Shown in pieces: positions 61,962 to 64,000 of a stretch of 64,000 nucleotides of DNA (within the stretch, counting starts at the first letter, position 1; every line of letters starts with the position of its first letter). The stretch comes from Sulfuricaulis sp. (GTDB lineage: Bacteria; Pseudomonadota; Gammaproteobacteria; Acidiferrobacterales; Sulfurifustaceae), in assembly GCF_049587675.1 (NCBI RefSeq), contig NZ_JBAVEJ010000057.1:12-64011 (forward strand). The letters are read 5' to 3'. A program made the position numbers and the translations under genes. A model generated the notes under the pieces. That model did not search any database. It was not told where the DNA came from and worked only from the letters and a program-made list of their open reading frames with translations.

Positions 61962-63263
61962 CTATGCCGTTCCGTACTTCGTCTCCACCATGATTCCGAT
62001 CTCTTTCAGAAACGGCGTCGGCAACACGCCGCCCGCGCTGACGATGACGGCGTCGTTTTTAATTTAAATCATTTTTCCCGTCTGATCGAGCGTGACATTG
62101 TCAGGTTCGATTTTCTTGACATTCGATTGCAACAGCACTTTTATCCGGCCTCCTTTTTCTGCTTCCTGCAATCGCTGGCGGTTTTTCTCTTTCACGCGTC
62201 CGAAGGCCTCGCCGCGGTAGGACAGCGTGACTGTCGTTCCCGGTTCACCCGCAATGGCGAGTGCGGCTTCGAGCGCGCTGTCACCGCCGCCGACGACCAG
62301 GACGTACTGGCGACGGTATTGCTCCGGGTCGATCAGGTTGTAGACGACTTTCGGCAGTTCCTCGCCCGGCACACCGAGCTTGCGCGGCGTGCCGCGCCGG
62401 CCGATGGCAAGCAGGACGGCTCTTGTCTCATAAGAATTGCGTGAGGTCTTTACGATAAACCCGTTTCCTTTTTTGGAAATTGTCTCCATGCGCTCGCTGA
62501 AATTGATCTTGAGCCCGGTCTTTCGGGCCGCGCCCTGCCAGAATTCCAGCAGCGCTTCTTTGCTGATCGCGCTAATCTTCACCTTGCCGATAATAGGTAA
62601 CTGCATCGGCGCGGTCATAACGATCTTGTTGCGCGGGTAGTGATACACCGCGCCGCCGAGCGAGTCTTCCTGCTCGACGGTGACGGACCGCAGCTTGTGC
62701 TCCATGGCGCCGAGCGTGGCGGCCAGGCCGGCTGGCCCAGCGCCGACGATGACCACGTCGAGCGGGAAATTCCTGTCCTTCAATTTGCGGATGGATTCCA
62801 TCGCCTGACGGCCCTGCTCCACCGCTTTGCGGGTAAGCCCCATGCCGCCGAGTTCCCCGGCGATGAAGATTCCCGGTACATTGGTTTCGAAATTCGGATT
62901 GACCCGGGGAATATCCATGCCTCGCTTGGAGGTGCCGAAAACAAGCGTGATGGCGTCATGCGGGCAGGCGGCCATGCACGCGCCGTGACCGATACATACG
63001 GCAGGTTTCACCAGATGCCCCTTGCCTTTGATGAGGCCGATGGCCTGCTCCGGACACGCGTTGACACAAGCCCCGGAACCGATACAGCGATTGGGATCGA
63101 ACACCGGATGCAGCGAAGCCGGCTCCGTCAGTCCGGCCTCAACTGACTCTTTCATCTGAGTAACGTGGTGTTGTTCCTTCTTCCTGTGGCGGCGCAGGTA
63201 AAAGAACAACACCAAGATCAGCGGGACGAGATAAATCAGATATTCAGTCACATTCTGTTCCAT
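61962..63263 (-). pseudogene. Ferredoxin-flavoprotein (2 Fe-S motifs plus TrxB/YpdA-like FAD/NAD(P)H domain), interrupted by an in-frame TAA at 62064-62066
   Basis: CIGSGACVNACP, CIGHGACMAACP, GAGPAG, GGGDSALE. The frame resumes after TAA as IKNDAVIVSAGGVLPTPFLKEIGIMVETKYGTA*. Confidence 0.8.
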
Positions 63264-63515
63264 AAATGGCCATTAGCGTCCTTTGACCATACTACTGGCC
63301 TCAGGAAAGCCAAGGGTCATCCGCTTGTCAGCCAGATCACGCATTTTATACGGTTTATAATGGTATTTCAGGCATTGACAGTCTTTAATTGCAAGTAATG
63401 GAACAACTTTATGGTTCCATGGCTGTCGCGATCCGTACCGCTCGAGCCATGGTGGTAAGGATAGATCAAGAATAATTGTCCCGCCTCCAGGCGGAAGCAG
63501 TTGCAGGGGAGAACA

Positions 63516-64000
63516 ATGGGTCACGAGCAGGCGATCATACGCACCGCCAAGATACCGGTGCGGCCATCCGAAAATTCCGAATCACGCAGTGGTAAGCCAC
63601 TGCCATTGGCCGTTTTGCCGATCACGGTGCTGCTGTTGCTCGCCGTCTGGGCGGTACGGCAAGGCCACTACTACGAACCTGGCGACGATTTCGGTTACTA
63701 CCTCGGCGTCATCGGTGGCGTGATGATGCTCGTCTTGCTGCTCTATTCGTTGCGCAAGCACATTCGCTTCATGCGCAACTGGGGACCCACCAAGCACTGG
63801 TTCCGGCTGCACATGATTCTGGGCATCGCCGGACCGACCTTGATACTTTTCCACTCCACGTTTCGTGTCGGCTCGATAAATGCGACGGTTGCGCTCAGCT
63901 GCATGCTGCTCGTGGCCGGCAGCGGCATCATCGGCCGGGTCATTTACCGAAAGATCCATCACGGCCTGTACGGTCGCAGCGCCACCCTGCAAGAGGTTCA
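63516..64000 (+). CDS. Membrane protein with conserved TM histidines (cytochrome b/ferric-reductase-like), partial at the right edge
   Basis: GGGGAG RBS; MGHEQ…GYYLGVIGGVMMLVLLLYSLRK…WFRLHMILGIAGPTLILFHS…SGIIGRVIY; no stop before the window end. Confidence 0.75.
   Translation, partial: MGHEQAIIRTAKIPVRPSENSESRSGKPLPLAVLPITVLLLLAVWAVRQGHYYEPGDDFGYYLGVIGGVMMLVLLLYSLRKHIRFMRNWGPTKHWFRLHMILGIAGPTLILFHSTFRVGSINATVALSCMLLVAGSGIIGRVIYRKIHHGLYGRSATLQEV

Noticed and set aside
62064..62066. Selenocysteine or pyrrolysine recoding of the internal stop
   Set aside because: The codon is TAA, not TGA or TAG.
63582..63992. Minus-strand 136-aa ORF from the track
   Set aside because: It is antisense to a plus-strand membrane gene starting at 63516, which the track missed because it has no stop in the window.

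Overview
Chromosomal window from a GC-rich gammaproteobacterium. soxZ and the pilin, irr and ccm content suggest a sulfur oxidiser, possibly Acidiferrobacterales/Sulfuricaulis-like (inference only). Left to right: (1) an orphan soxZ behind a degenerate RND permease and rppH, then a WD40 lipoprotein and a HAD hydrolase; (2) a cobalamin uptake/salvage region (btuCD-like, riboswitch-btuB-tonB-pduO-type, btuF, cobC, cbiB/ampE-like) interrupted by a HAMP-PAS-GGDEF-EAL gene; (3) ampD, a ~1.9 kb tRNA-Thr(CGT)-anchored mini-island carrying a Crp/Fnr regulator, and an Irr-like Fur protein with an ICE-like box on its own start; (4) the minor pilin cluster fimU-pilVWXY1E; (5) the core block ispH-lspA-ileS-ribF-murJ-rpsT-proB-obgE-rpmA-rplU-ispB-tRNA-Pro; (6) pilSR-pilA followed by a ~14 kb glycosylation cassette that ends at tRNA-Ala; (7) tRNA-Arg, ccmABCDE-ccmG without ccmF/H, a ferredoxin-flavoprotein interrupted by an in-frame TAA, and the start of a cytochrome b-like membrane gene. 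The best candidate for an undescribed system is region 6. It has three tandem TfpW/TMTC-like GT-C+TPR glycosyltransferases behind a cysteine-free, Ser/Thr-rich pilin, plus two polyprenol-phosphate GT2s, a flippase-like protein, two methyltransferases, a GT4 and a fourth GT-C. Start codons were refined by eye. All functional calls are motif recognition, not database searches. No CRISPR array or rRNA was seen.
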